From contig JASANG010003494.1 of the NCBI GenBank assembly GCA_030248215.1, forward strand, positions 124,001 through 188,000: a stretch of 64,000 nt of DNA, written 5' to 3'. Each line of letters opens with the position of its first letter. The stretch's first letter is position 1. A program made the position numbers and the translations under genes. Shown piece by piece: positions 1-13,165 of the stretch. Source of the stretch: Enoplolaimus lenunculus. Lineage: Eukaryota. The notes below the pieces were generated by a model. The model worked only from the letters and a program-made list of their open reading frames with translations. It searched no databases and was not told the DNA's origin.

Positions 1-267
1 ACAGAGTCAAGTACGTAATGGACAGTGATTAGTTTGCTAATTTTGAAACACTTTTTGACTGCATTTAAGCTAAATACCGTAATTAAGGACAATATTCAAC
101 GTTTGATTGAAATCAATATGTTTGGTGCGAGCGGATACGTTTATAGTTTACGCAACTTGAATAGTGAATTTGTGTCGGAATTTTCAAAGCGGATGCTGGA
201 TTCGTTAGTTATTACTGGTAACAATCAAATATATGTTATCGATAAAGGCAAGCGAGTGCATGGTTTG

Positions 268-2033
268 TAAGGATGTGAGACATGCATGCTAGTCCAGGTG
301 CATAAGGATGTGACACATGCATGATCGTCCTGGTGCATAAGGATGTGAGACGTGCGTGCTCGTCCTGGTGCATAAGGATGTGAGACGTGCGTGCTCGTCC
401 TGGTGCATAAGGATGTGAGACGTGCGTGCTCGTCCTGGTGCATAAGGATGTGAGACGTGCGTGCTCGTCCTGGTGCATAAGGATGTGAGACATGCATGCT
501 AGTCCAGGTGCATAAGGATGTGACACATGCATGATCGTCCTGGTGCATAAGGATGTGAGACGTGCGTGCTCGTCCTGGTGCATAAGGATGTGAGACGTGC
601 GTGCTCGTCCTGGTGCATAAGGATGTGAGACGTGCGTGCTCGTCCTGGTGCATAAGGATGTGAGACGTGCGTGCTCGTCCTGGTGCATAAGGATGTGAGA
701 CATGCATGCTAGTCTTGGTGCATAAGGATGTGAGACAAACATGCTCGTCCTGGTGCATTAGGATCTGAGACATACATGCTAGTCCTGGTGCATAAGGATG
801 TGAGACGTGCGTGCTCGTCCTGGTGCATAAGGATGTGAGACGTGCGTGCTCGTCCTGGTGCATAAGGATGTGAGACGTGCGTGCTCGTCCTGGTGCATAA
901 GGATGTGAGACGTGCGTGCTCGTCCTGGTGCATAAGGATGTGAGACGTGCGTGCTCGTCCTGGTGCATAAGGATGTGAGACGTGCGTGCTCGTCCTGGTG
1001 CATAAGGATGTGAGACATGCATGCTAGTCCAGGTGCATAAGGATGTGACACATGCATGATCGTCCTGGTGCATAAGGATGTGAGACGTGCGTGCTCGTCC
1101 TGGTGCATAAGGATGTGAGACGTGCGTGCTCGTCCTGGTGCATAAGGATGTGAGACGTGCGTGCTCGTCCTGGTGCATAAGGATGTGAGACGTGCGTGCC
1201 CCTGTGCATATAGCCCGTCCTGGTGCATAAGGATGTGAGACGTGCGTGCTCGTCCTGGTGCATAAGGATGTGAGACGTGCGTGCTCGTCCTGGTGCATAA
1301 GGATGTGAGACGTGCGTGCTCGTCCTGGTGCATAAGGATGTGAGACGTGCGTGCTCGTCCTGGTGCATAAGGATGTGAGACGTGCGTGCTCGTCCTGGTG
1401 CATAAGGATGTGAGACATGCATGCTCGTCCTGGTGCATAAGGATGTGAGACAGGCATGCTAGTCCTGGTGCATAAGGATGTGAGACGTACGTGCTCGTCC
1501 TGGTGCATAAGGATGTGAGACGTGCGTGCTCGTCCTGGTGCATAAGGATGTGAGACAGGCATGCTAGTCCAGGTGCATAAGGATGTGAGACATGCATGAT
1601 CGTCCTGGTGCATAAGGATGTGAGACGTGCGTGCTCGTCCTGGTGCATAAGGATGTGACATATGCATGATCGTCCTGGTGCATAAGGATGTGAGACGTGC
1701 GTGCTCGTCCTGGTGCATAAGGATGTGAGACGTGCGTGCTCGTCCTGGTGCATAAGGATGTGAGACGTGCATACTCGTCCTGGTGCATAAGGATGTGAGA
1801 CGTGCGTGCTCGTCCTGGTGCATAAGGATGTGAGACGTGCGTGCTCGTCCTGGTGCATAAGGATGTGAGACGTGCGTGCTCGTCCTGGTGCATAAGGATG
1901 TGAGACGTGCGTGCTCGTCCTGGTGCATAAGGATGTGAGACGTGCGTGCTCGTCCTGGTGCATAAGGATGTGAGACGTGCGTGCTAGTCCAGGTACATAA
2001 GGATGTGAGACATGCATGCTAGTCCTGGTGCAT
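268..2033. repeat. 35-bp tandem satellite, ~50 units (consensus CATAAGGATGTGAGACGTGCGTGCTCGTCCTGGTG)
   Basis: CATAA recurs at 301, 336, 371 etc. (period 35). Variant units carry CATGCATG/CTAGTCC. One unit is lengthened by 15 bp near 1200-1225. Confidence 0.97.
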
Positions 2034-2127
2034 ATGTAACATATGTAATGCACATTGTGTTGTGCGCTTGCTGGCAACATACGGTCGACATGTAGTCGAC
2101 GATAGAAGGAGTTGGAGACTCGGACTG

Positions 2128-2192
2128 AGTGGCACAAGATTGGTAGAGCGGTTGCCTATGGATCCGTAGGCCGCTAGTGTGAAACCAGTCCG
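2128..2192 (+). pseudogene. Degenerate tRNA-like / SINE-head-like sequence
   Basis: GAGTGGCACAAGATTGGTAGAGCG is A-box/D-arm-like and GTGTGAAACC is a degenerate B-box. It resembles 54259-54328(-). No intact cloverleaf seen. Confidence 0.35.
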
Positions 2193-2848
2193 CATGCCTG
2201 CCTGCTTTTCTAGCTGCTTAGTTAAAAGGTATAATGTACCGGTTTCTACCTAGACTGACATGCTTAATAGCATAATTGATACATGTATATGTAAAAGTTG
2301 GAGTACTGCTCAGCATCAAAGGCGTGGTGGTTGTGGCACCACTCTTAACTATATTTGCCGTGTAGAACACATGATATTGCATTGTTAGCCGAGTTTGCAA
2401 TATTTGGGCTGTATGATTTAACAGCAACTTATTCTACAGCACTGTAAATTCCAATGAGTTTAACATTTTAGTTCAAAATGAGTTGAATTGCTGAGTCTTA
2501 ATTAGGCGTTTCAGAGCTCAGTATTCTGAGTTGATTAAACTGAAACTCTGAGTGAGAATCAACTCAACTGTAAGTGAGTTAATTATAAACTTAATATTGA
2601 CTCAGAAAGAACTAAAACTTTACATACAGTTATTTTTAAAAACTTTGAAATAAAATTTAAAGTGAAAATATTTTTTTATTCTCAACCAGAGATGATTAAA
2701 TCTGCCGATTGGAATTTTCAGTGAGCGAAGCAACATAAAATGGTTTTCAACCGGCTTTGGAAAAGGTTTTCTTTTCGAAATTATTAGAATGACAAGACTG
2801 ACAGGCTTTCTTTGGTACCCCCCACACAACTTTACTCCAGAGCTACTG

Positions 2849-3258
2849 CACTGTAAATTCGGCCAATGTAAAAGACAGAAGCGGAACAGTATTATAAGCA
2901 TATTCCTAAGCCTGAGCCTAAGCATAAGCCTAAACCTAAGCGTAACAATGAGCATATTTCTAAGTCTAAGCCTAAGCCTATGCCAAGCAAAAATATTACT
3001 CCAGCCGTGAATTCCAATAAGTTCATTAATCAACTCAGCCGGAGAGCTAATTATTTTTGAGTGAATAACAGAAAACTTTAACTCACGCGGAGTTGAGTAG
3101 ATTCTTACTCTGAGTTGAGGTGACTCCGGTTGTGTTTAAATTAATTAAATCGGAATGGGTTGAATCAACTCACAGAATTATGAGTTCTGATACTCCTACT
3201 TCAGACTGGGTGATTCAAATCATTCTGAGTTAAAATCAACTCACTGGAATTTACAGTG
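2849..3258. mobile_element. CACTG...CAGTG-ended non-autonomous element, interrupted by a TTAGGC MITE at 2861-3006
   Basis: Termini CACTGTAAATTC...GAATTTACAGTG. The nested insertion is flanked by GTAAATTC/GTGAATTC. Related sequence at ~2440-2610, 13912-14158 and 14711-15182. Confidence 0.65.
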
Positions 3259-5900
3259 ATGGGATTCTAGCATGTCCCTATTATTTATAGTTTCGACTTT
3301 CGGGTACTCGTATGACATTACAACTATTTTTCAAGCATAACAAAACGAAGCTAATTCTTCTCATTTTGTTCATATTCAATGTATCGTTGCAACACGAAAA
3401 CGCCGTAGACATAGCCATTTTGAGTTTGGACTACGGTCTATAAAAATTTCGAAGGAACGTGTATTTTGTTTTAAACAGAGGTGTCTGGAAACCACGTTTA
3501 TAAAATTATCAAAAACGGGTGTCAACCTTGCCCCCTGTCTGTGCTTTTAGATAGTGCCAAAACTGTTATGCGATTTTGAGCAAACGCCGATTCGCAACTT
3601 GTTTATTTTGCTTTGAGCATTGCCGGCAACTTTATTTCAAACGGCCAAAACTAAAATCGTGAAGCTTTTCTAAATTACAGAATGATAATTTTATCTAGTG
3701 AACTTGCTGATTTTGTGAAACTAAACAGTTTATTTGGGGTTTACGTTTTAACTGTGGCAGCCCGGAACACGTTTTACCCCATGTTGATCTAACGTCAACA
3801 TAAAATGTTGCTATCTAAATAGCGGGTATTACGACAAGACGTGAATGCCACATGATATTGGCTTACAAATCATTGATCGTAAGCGATTGTGACAAAGGTC
3901 CATGTGTCATATGATACCACCGGACATTTATACGAATACCACATAATATTCCATAAATTCAACTAAATATCATGTGATACTGTGTAGAACAGCCTGATTT
4001 GTGCTCAGTATTAAAATGGTAAAAAGTTATATTTATGTTGCACTAAATTATTTCGAATGCTTAATTAGCTTCTATAACTTTGTTTCTGGCGAAACATTTT
4101 CTCAAAATTATGACATTCAACAGGACAATCAAGCTAGTTTATCACAACGTTGCAAACATTTTCAAACTTATCATATGATACTGACAGACAATATTTCGAA
4201 TATAATGTGATTTTGCAGTACAAATAATAAATGTCACATCAGGATAGCGAACAAATCAATCTTTTTTAAATTTGATAACAAATCAAAGAGCACACAAAAT
4301 GTTGGTTGCTATTGAAATAGAGACAAAACGTTTTCACTGCTGCCCCAGTTATAACGTGAACCATGCAAACGAAGTTTTTCTTATTAAAGTGTCTTGTTCA
4401 AAATTAAGCTTTTAGACGAAAAAATCAGCCGAGTTTGATCAACTTATAAAACGATTACTTCAAATAACTTTAATTAAATTTTGACCAGACTGAGTTAAAT
4501 TTAAAAGCTAATGAAGTGTAGTTTTTTCTACTTTAAGGACCGATTTAATTTGGCGTAGGAAGGTAATATTTTAAAAGATGTTACGATGTACGTTGTTTAA
4601 CTATTTGTATGTTTTTGACAGGGTGCAACTGGCGGTCTATCTCCGGCTAAAGGCTCCGGCAGAAAACCGACCTTCGGCTTCAGCTCCGGTTGTCGGAGGT
4701 TCAGACAAATATGGTAGTGCAATTTTACATAGTTTTACAAAATTTATCTGTTTGACCCGTTTCGTTTTATTTTCTGGCACAATTTTAGGCTGGGGCAGAT
4801 AAGCAAAAAAACCCTGAGGCTTGGGCTAAAAACAAAAATTTTCCAAGGGTTATTTTTTTCAGTGTCACCCAACAAGAAATCCTTGAAACCTTTTTTCATA
4901 TAACAGCTTTTTGATTCTAAAAATACAGTTATTAATAAAGATGAATCCAGTTCAATTTAACGATAGAATTATTTACGGTCATATGGTTTATGTGCACAAA
5001 GACAGTTCTGCATTTGTGTGTATACGGTTGATCATACATACTTCGGAGCGACGAATGTCGAAAGCAGTGCTTTGGCCGACATTTGAATGAATTAGCCTAC
5101 GAAATCAAATTCGTAGCGTGATTCTCTGTCGTGGCGGGGGCAGGATATTCCGGATTTAGAGGATACTTTGTATTCCAAAATTTTACAGTTCAAAACTGCT
5201 TTTAAGCAAAGTTTTTCGTATTTGACTATAAATTTTTGAACTCGTGCAGTATCACTTTGGTATAATTTTTACCTATTTGGCTAGCGAACACATTGTGTGC
5301 TTCAGAACTATTATTTGCTAGGGTGTAACCAGATATCCGTTTTCGTTTCCGTTACAGAAATAACGGAAGTTATATTGTTTTTATGTTCAAAATTAGTTAT
5401 AAATAACGTAAATATATCTCGCAAAAATTCGTTGCAGAAATTGTGAAATTCATCCAAAATCTTAAAAATTTCCAAGCATTCGCCAATTTTTGTTTCGAAT
5501 TTTTGAAAACCCGGTGAATAAAATGCACGCCTCGATTGTGTTGGCAGAAAGCTAAAACATTTTTGACACCTTTTTTGACTTCAATATTCGTTTTCCGTTT
5601 CTGTTTTGATTTATTATGATCGTAATCTGTTTCTGTTATTTTTAATATTCGTTTAATACACCTTGCCATTTGCCTCGAACATTTTTCCGCACGACAGAGC
5701 TCGTTGGAATCTCTCGCTGGATTATGTAGAGCCTAACGATTGGTCTGTACCGCAAACGCGTATTTGTCGAAATGGCTACCAGAATTCACTCCCTTCAATA
5801 TTTTTTTATCTTACGATTATTTTTTAACAGAACCATATTTTAATTAATTCCGGTCATGATATATACAACCCTCTGCTACGCACGTATAATTTAAAATTCC

Positions 5901-6094
5901 GGCCCATATAAAAACCAGAGGCGAATCGTTTTTTGCAGGACTGCAATAGATCAAGCTTCATCTTTAGACTAATTTTTTTACTTAGGCTTAGGCTTAGCCT
6001 TATGTGTAGACTCATTCTTACGTTTAGACTTAATAGTCTTAGGTTTAGGAATATGCTTTATACTACTGTTACGGCTCAGCTCTATTCATTGGCT
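5901..6094. mobile_element. GGCC-ended MITE with TTAGGC repeats (subfamily A, diverged)
   Basis: GGCCCAT...ATTGGCT ends, flanks AAAATTCC/AAAATTGC, internal CTTAGGCTTAGGCTTAGCC. Confidence 0.7.
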
Positions 6095-6362
6095 AAAATT
6101 GCCTTCAGTTTCCGCAATGTTTTACTGAATATTACTGACGTGTATCGTACTCTGACGCTAGATCGCCGCTGCTTATACTCAATCATAATTGATTTTAATA
6201 CTAAAACCAGAACATGAAACCGGAAGTTCGATTATCACAAAAAATAATATATTTTGCCAGTTTTGTATTCTGACTAATGTTATTATACTCCGCCCGTCCA
6301 TGTTCGTTTGTATGTTTTACAGTATAAACCATGAGGTCATATATAAACATTAAAAGCATAAT

Positions 6363-6725
6363 GGCTGGGTTTCAAAAAATCTTACTAAGTATTTACTTAA
6401 GCTATGCTTAAGTAATTAGTTTAGTCGCTGACTTAAGTGAATACTTAACTTTTCGAACAAAACAGGTAAACGTTAAATGTGAGCCATTGTCATAACAGAC
6501 GAAGTGATAGTTTTTATTTATGTTAAAGAGGAACCAAGAATTTGCAATTTCAGTTGGACCAAGGTTTGTATACCTGAACGGTTAATTTGTAATCTATCAC
6601 ATTTAGTCAGCGGGTTAAGTATTTACTTATTTTCAGTACGATTTTGAAAACGACAAAATGACTAAGTAATTACCTTGCACGTAACCAAGTGATATTAAGT
6701 AAAGTAGGGTTTCAAAAACCCAGCC
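6363..6725. mobile_element. MITE with GGCTGGGTTT...AAACCCAGCC inverted ends
   Basis: Terminal inverted repeat with AAT on both flanks (possible 3-bp TSD) and TAAGT/ACTTA-rich arms. Confidence 0.55.
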
Positions 6726-7250
6726 AATATTTTTTACAGAATAAAAATTCAAAAATCACTAGCAATAGCAAGTTTTTTACTGTTCAACAAAGAAACTAAA
6801 ACGTATGATAAAACTCAAATCCAAAAGTTGAAATAAAAGTGTTTTATAGTTTAAAGATTAGAGGTTCATACAAAAAGGTCGGGTTGAACGCATGTTCATA
6901 CTGAGAAAATAAATTAGAAATTACATGATGATGATAACTATGAATACCTTATTTTAATTTTGAAGCAATTTAAACTATAAATAAACTGGCAATTTGAAAA
7001 ATAATTACATATAAGTATATACATAGGTCGATTAGGAGATCTGCATAGGACCGACCCATGCTATACGAGGGTCCTGTTTTTTCGTGGGACTGGTACACAG
7101 GTTTTTACCCCTTTCCAGAAACAATGATCCTAAATGCATAACGTTGATTCTAAGGTTTGCGCTATACCGACTTTACTAAGCCGGATGTCGGCGCGCGCCG
7201 GCGTTCGCGGCGTCCGAAGGCGCGCTGCTGCGAGTATAGCGCATCCCCTA

Positions 7251-7462
7251 CACTGCAAAAAATGGTGAGTCAAATTGACTCTTTCCGAAATAGGCTCTAC
7301 GAGACTATACACAAACTGAGTCAAATTCGACTCCGTCAGAGCCATATTCAACTCCCTGTAGTTGCACGTTTGACTCTGGCGGTATCGAATTTGACTCAGT
7401 TTGTGTAGTCCCGTAGAGCCTATTTCAGAGAGAGTCAATTTGACTCACCATTTTTTGCAGTG
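7251..7462. mobile_element. Near-palindromic CACTG...CAGTG MITE
   Basis: CACTGCAAAAAATGGTGAGTCAAATTGACTCT... has a long reverse-complement right arm. A second copy lies at 18995-19203. Confidence 0.85.
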
Positions 7463-8097
7463 TTCGCTTGATGTTTATTTTTTTAATTTTCTCAAATTTT
7501 TTAGTTTAGCGAAATCTGGCAGACGTATACTTTTGTGTTGACATCCAATGTAGCCCTAATGATAAGTGTTGGCAATGTCCATTTGAGAAAGGAACCGTGA
7601 TTGACTTAAAATCAACAATCCCTGGACGCGTGTGGTGATAGGCGTAGTTTTATCTGTTTGCTCCTCTGACCATTGGTTGATCGTGTAGATAAAATGGAAA
7701 AACATGCTTTAAAAATGACCACAATTTATATTTCCTTACAGTATCAAATGTACTATTACGACAGGCTTATAGCCAGTTCAACTTGCTAGTTAGGAGCTAT
7801 AAAATTTCATGAGGAACATGTGAGGATTTAGAAAGACTATGAAGAATCGCGAATTCATAGTTACTCTACAATTGTTAGTTTCCGCAGCTAAATTTTCGTG
7901 AAGGGCTCTATATGGTACTGCTTAGCTAAGAATTAAATTAAACAACTTTTATACTGTGTATTTTACATTTATTTTAATGTTTTGTTCCAACTGTTTTTTC
8001 CGTTACAGGTGGGGGCTATGAGATGTTTATTCGGTCGTGTAAAATGGGGCTCACCGAACAAACTAGAATACATACCTACAACACAAGACAAAAAATG

Positions 8098-8275
8098 AGC
8101 CCATGTTACTTTAAGGGGCGTCCAGGTTTCTGGTGGGTCTATAAAAGAGTAGGTTTAGATTATAGATTACATTTTTTGCTTAGGCTTAGGCTTAGGAACT
8201 CATTTTTGAAACGCGTAGGCTTAGGCTTAGGAATACGCTTAATCTACTGTTACGCCCCTTAAAGTAACAATGGCC
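8098..8275. mobile_element. GGCC-ended MITE with TTAGGC repeats (subfamily B)
   Basis: TIR GCCCATGTTACTTTAAGGGGCGT...ACGCCCCTTAAAGTAACAATGGCC. Homologous to 12960-13165 and 21105-21266 in the opposite orientation. Confidence 0.85.
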
Positions 8276-8450
8276 AAAAATGTCACCGTGTTGCTTATAT
8301 TTTTGCGTGTTTAGATTGATTACCAAACGTTTAGGCATGTTTGGTCTGCCATTGTTCAAGCTAATGTTCTCATCTCTGTGGTCCACCACACATCTGAGAT
8401 GAATATCTAAGTCGAACCCACAGCTCATTTGTGAAGTGATAACATTTTCA

Positions 8451-8594
8451 GGCCCATGTAAAGATCAGGGCAGGAACGTTTTAAGCTTATGCTTTAGACT
8501 AATTTTTTGCTTGACTTAGACTTAGGCTTAGGCTTAAGCTTAGGCTTAGGGATATGCTTACAATACTGTTCCACCCCTATTCTTTACATTGGCC
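8451..8594. mobile_element. GGCC-ended MITE with TTAGGC repeats (subfamily A)
   Basis: GGCCCATGTAAAGA...TCTTTACATTGGCC, TSD CATTTTCA/CATTTTCG. Confidence 0.85.
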
Positions 8595-9867
8595 CATTTT
8601 CGGATAGGATAGGCTATTATGTGACAACCCAAGATTTGGTGCATAGTTGTGATTTTATTTTGCGAGGGTACAACGTTATTTTTCAAAACGACAATAGCGA
8701 GTAAAAATTGTACGAACTGTAGCATTCAGCTGGTTATTGTGAAACCTAGTAAAATGTCTTATTCTTGTGTCTAGAGCCTTCGTAGGATGTATCCCCGGAT
8801 GGACCAATGTGCATTTAGTAAACATTCCTTGTCCAGGATATGTACATAAAAATATTTAGTTTGTTCGTTCTAGTTTTAGCACGTTTTTAGAAGTGTTTAG
8901 GGAATTTGGCGTTTTAGTTCAACATTTACATGTATATGTGTTTGTCGAAAGAATCGGTTGAATTTTTTGACATGTTTCATGGTTTAGCGTTCAGTTGGGA
9001 CTTTGAACCATAAAAATTGTGCCAATGTGACGGGGTCGCTATAAATTACTCATGTGCGGAACAGGTTCCGAACATAGTAGTATAGGTAGTTCGCTTAATA
9101 CGCTTAAGGTTAATATTGGCTTAGGCTTAGGTTTAGGCTTGGGTGTTATTAACACGCGGTTGTACACGCAAAAATGTATTTCTGAATGTATTCAGAAATG
9201 TATTTTCTGTGGCAAATTTGAAAAGCTTTTCTGATATTTAAGACAATTTTTCTAACAATAATTGGAAAACATTTATTTTCAGACTTTATTTCAAAATTTT
9301 TTTTAAAAACTTCTCTGTTATAACAGAAATACTTTTCAAGTGCACCTTGCTAATTATATTTCTTAAATGTAAGAAATTTTTTCTTAAATACCAGAAATAT
9401 TATTATGAGTGTAACAGACACGCCTTATACTTGATGTCTCAACGTAAAAGTGTTGCTTTCAGCGTAAGCGTTCGTTTAGGCTTAGTGTCAGGGGCCTTGT
9501 GCTCGGAACTGACCTGGAAGTCTTTTCAGTTACCCTCTTCCGCCAGTGTTTTCGGTTTTTTCAAAGAGTTCATAAAGGCCATAAACTGTCCAGTTAGAAA
9601 ATTGTTGCATGTTTGATCTATTGTCATGACCTCGAACAATTATTCTATCTCAAAAGATGAAATTTTGTCGCAGGCTAAATCGCAGTTCCATAAGCCCAAA
9701 TATGCTAAAATGTTTTTAAAATCAGACACGAACAACGTTGTCAAGTGAACATTATTGCTATTAATTGCGTTCAGAAACATAAATTGCTTTGTTGCATTTT
9801 AGCAATTTGCATGCTGCGTAACGTTTTTATAGTTGTTCATTTCATGTCGTTTTGCTTCAAAAAGTGC

Positions 9868-10062
9868 GGCCCATGTAAAGATATTGGGCGGAACGTTTTT
9901 CTGTGCGACTAGAATAGAATAAGCTGAAGCTTTAGACTAATTTTTTGCTTGGCTTAGGCTTAGGCGTAGGCTTTAGAAAGAAACTCATTCTTACGCTTAG
10001 GCTTAGGCTTGTCTTTAGAATAAGCTTATAATACCCTTACGCCCCTGTTCTTTACATTGGCC
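9868..10062. mobile_element. GGCC-ended MITE with TTAGGC repeats (subfamily A)
   Basis: Same TIRs, perfect 8-bp TSD AAAAGTGC. Confidence 0.9.
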
Positions 10063-10159
10063 AAAAGTGCTAACTCGTTTAACAAACTTTAAGTTTCTTC
10101 CAAATATATATATAGATATGTATAATATGTATGTATGTATATATTTATATATATGAACC

Positions 10160-11115
10160 TACGACAATTCGTCGACCGACAACTTGTCGCCCAACAGTGT
10201 ACCTAAACCTATAAAAAGTCTAAACATAATCCTAAGCGTAATCCAAAGCCTAACCGTAAGCCTAAACATTATGATGGACGGAGCAAAGATGGAACCGGCC
10301 CGGTTGTTTAGGGCTCAGGCCCGGTCCGGGCCCATCACCCTCGGCCTGGGCCCGGCAGGCATGGGTCCGGGCCCGCATATTTTATACTTTTGGTGCACAA
10401 AACAAATCATCAAACAAACGGGATTGTGGTTGCAAATCAAGTACTGTACTGAGTGGCGGATGTGGGCGAGACCTTAGACATAAAGTGATAAAAATTAACT
10501 ATTACCATTTTGAATGAATTGATTTTAACAACAGACTGTGAGTTGTCGCCACTATCGGATCCAGAGGGGATGGGCAAGGGAGGGGATGCGCACGCCCTCC
10601 ATTAGAAATTTTTTCTGATAAAATGGTAAGTAAGGCCCCTACCTTACAATTTTTCTCCTCAGAAAATGTTTTGTAAAAAAGATTAGGTCCCTAATTTTTC
10701 CCTCAGAAAATGATATACGGTGGTTCTTGTTGGAAACTGAAGATAACGTTTAATGATTTTTGATGCCACCATTACTCTGACAGTCTCGCATCCAACTGCC
10801 AAAGTTCGACCAGCCTATTATATATATCCCACCAAAAGCAAAGAGAATCAAACTTGATGTGAAAAATGTCCTCATGTTAACGATGCGCATGCAAGTATAT
10901 ATTTACACGGAATAAAAATATTAAACACTATTAAGGCTTAGGCTCTGGCATAGGGAACTGCTGCGATTTATTTCGGTGGCGGTCCGGCTCCGGCCCGCTT
11001 ATACCCGTGGGCCCAAAATGTAATCCCGGGCTGATTCCAACCTTGTCGAGTCGATTAAATTGCGGAATACAAGTTGTGGGTCGACGAGTTGTCGGGTCGA
11101 CAAATTGTCTTGATA
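10160..11115. mobile_element. Nested cluster of inverted-repeat elements just upstream of the channel ORF
   Basis: Outer arms ACGACAATTCGTCGACCGACAACTTGTCG / CGACGAGTTGTCGGGTCGACAAATTGTC. Inner GGGCCC-rich arms at ~10290-10375 and ~10980-11030. CCTAAR repeats at ~10200-10266. Confidence 0.5.
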
Positions 11116-11244
11116 CACTATATAACCGCCCGAGTGGTTATCCCGCTTTATATGTTTGTGTCATTTGAATATTTTTGTTGTTAATAAATTAAAACTTAAA
11201 ATATGTACCATTAATATTTTGATGTTTTAAATTTATGAAAGACA

Positions 11245-12063
11245 ATGTTCGGAATCTTAGGCTATCAGCGTGACACTGACCTATTTGACATACTAACTCG
11301 CTCTAGCTCGACACGAGGGGCACGTCCACAATCTCGATCATCGATCTTTGCATCGAGAGCCCCACAACTACCATCTTCCATATATCGGAGCAGCCAAAAC
11401 CTTGCTGCGTATGGCTACCATCCGCCAACAGGAGGTCTGCCGCACAGCTCCAATTTGATCCCGGCGCCGAACGCCAGTCAACTCTCTACACCCCGTATGG
11501 TATCATTTCGTCCGCGGCGAGCATCACATCTTGAAGCACATCTATCAGAGACAACACTTCAAATCCCACAACTTTCAGAATTCAGCCATCAGCATGTTGG
11601 GTCTCAGATCCGTGCTCCACAACAACTACAACCGTACGATTTGCTCAAATTTAGCCCGGCGAAATCACAAGCCGGTTTATCAGCACGCGATTCTGGCTTA
11701 CCGTCGCCGACACTGCTTAGCAGTTCTGGCTTACCAGAAAGCCATGGACGTCCACGACGCGTATGGCAAAATCTATCGCCAGAGTTCAAACATCGACCAC
11801 AACAATATGACGCGCATCAACAGCACCAACAGCAACAACAATCGGAATCGCAACCGAATCGATTATTGTCGTTTTGTGATTACAGTGATGCTGTTAATTA
11901 TACTTTTGTTAATTTAGATCATGTCGCACGCTGGGAAGGCTTGCCGTTGACGTCGCTGGAAGATGTTGGCGAAATCACAGACGGTGGTGCGTCACTGATC
12001 GAAACTACTAAAGACGAAGCAGGCGCCGAAGAAGAAGGACCGTGGTGGAAAAATCCGAAAAAG
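11245..12063 (+). CDS. unc-58: K2P (TWK) channel, unc-58-like, coding exon 1 (long low-complexity N-terminus)
   Basis: Open frame from ATG 11245 to ...GPWWKNPKK, then AAG|GTTTGT donor (phase 0) matching the next exon. The true start is uncertain and upstream exons are possible. Confidence 0.65.
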
Positions 12064-12084
12064 GTTTGTGTTTTTCGATTTGTA

Positions 12085-12365
12085 CTTTTTTCGTCCTTTC
12101 CTTCTGTGTTTTCTCTTTTATTCTTTTTTCTTTCGTTCATGTTTCCATCTTTGTGTGTTATTCCGTGATTGTTTCCCTCTTTTTTCTTCTCTGTCCTTTC
12201 GTTACTTTCTTTATTTTTCTTTCTTTCTTTGAGGTCTTTTCCTTTAACGCTTTCTTTCTTTCTTTCTTTCGTTCGCTCGTTCTTTCTTTCTTTCTTCCTT
12301 TCTTTGTTTCTTTCTTTTTCTTCTTTCTTTTTTCTCTCTTTCTTTTTATCTTTTTTTCTTTGTCT
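12085..12365 (+). repeat. Pyrimidine-rich (TTTC)n-like low-complexity tract in intron 1
   Basis: Nearly pure T/C sequence. It generates spurious F/S/L-rich and K/E/R-rich ORFs. Confidence 0.85.
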
Positions 12366-12586
12366 ATTTCGTTTATATCTCTGTTTTGATCGCTTTACCG
12401 CGAAATATCGCACAACAAAACAATTTGAAAATGTTGGGTAGTCTGTTGCTAAAAGCATACAAGACAACAGTTTCCAAAACCGCTTGTTGCAATGAAGTAA
12501 ACGAAAAGTTTTTTACCATCAACGAAATCACACATTCAACAATTTTATCGCGATAAACCATGTTTTACCCTATTTTAATATTTCAG

Positions 12587-12941
12587 ACATTCAAAATCCT
12601 GCTGCCACACATTTGTCTTCTCGTCATTCTATTATCATATACTGCCTTGGGTGCAAGTATACTCATGCTTTTGGAGTCAGAAACCGAACTTACCAAACGG
12701 CGTGGTCAAGTAGCCCGGTTGCAAACGCTGTACGAATCAATCGCCAACGAAACTTGGGCCCTTCGTGATACTCCAGGCATGAGTCGATTGGAATGGGATG
12801 AACGCATTGAAAATTCGCTTCGAAACATCTCAAAAGAACACGAGGGTGAAGCGTACGGATTTTTAATTCAACAACCTCTCAAGTCTCGATGGACGTTTCC
12901 TGCGGCTGTGTTATACGCGCTCACCGTTCTGACAACTTGTG
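12587..12941 (+). CDS. unc-58: K2P channel exon 2 (TM1, cap, pore helix 1)
   Basis: TTTCAG| acceptor. TFKILLPHICLLVILLSYTALGA...RWTFPAAVLYALTVLTTC-G. Donor G|GTATAA, phase 1. Confidence 0.92.
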
Positions 12942-12959
12942 GTATAATTCAGTCGCATT

Positions 12960-13165
12960 GGCCAATGTTACTTTAAGAGGTGTAACAGTAGATTAATCGT
13001 ATTCCTAAGCCTAAAGCCTAAGCATAAGCGTTGCAAAAACGTGTTCCTAAACCTATAAGCCTACGCCTAAGCCTAAGCCTAAGCAAAAAAATGTAATCTA
13101 GAATCTAAACCTACTGTTTTATAGACCCACCAGAAACTTGGACGCCCCTAAAAGTAACATGGACT
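12960..13165. mobile_element. GGCC-ended GCCTAA-repeat MITE (subfamily B), 18 nt into channel intron 2
   Basis: Perfect 8-bp TSD GTCGCATT, TIR GGCCAATGTTACTTT...AAAGTAACATGGACT. Confidence 0.9.

Noticed and set aside
268..2033. CRISPR-like array
   Set aside because: The units are contiguous with no unique spacers, there are no cas genes, and the context is eukaryotic.
225..2137. Long minus-strand ORFs (567, 452 aa etc.) with a 35-aa repeat
   Set aside because: They are a by-product of the 35-bp satellite, which lacks stops on one strand. All three frames give the same cyclic peptide and there is no domain or splice context.
11919..12467. K/E/R-rich and F/S/L-rich ORFs
   Set aside because: Translations of the intronic pyrimidine tract.
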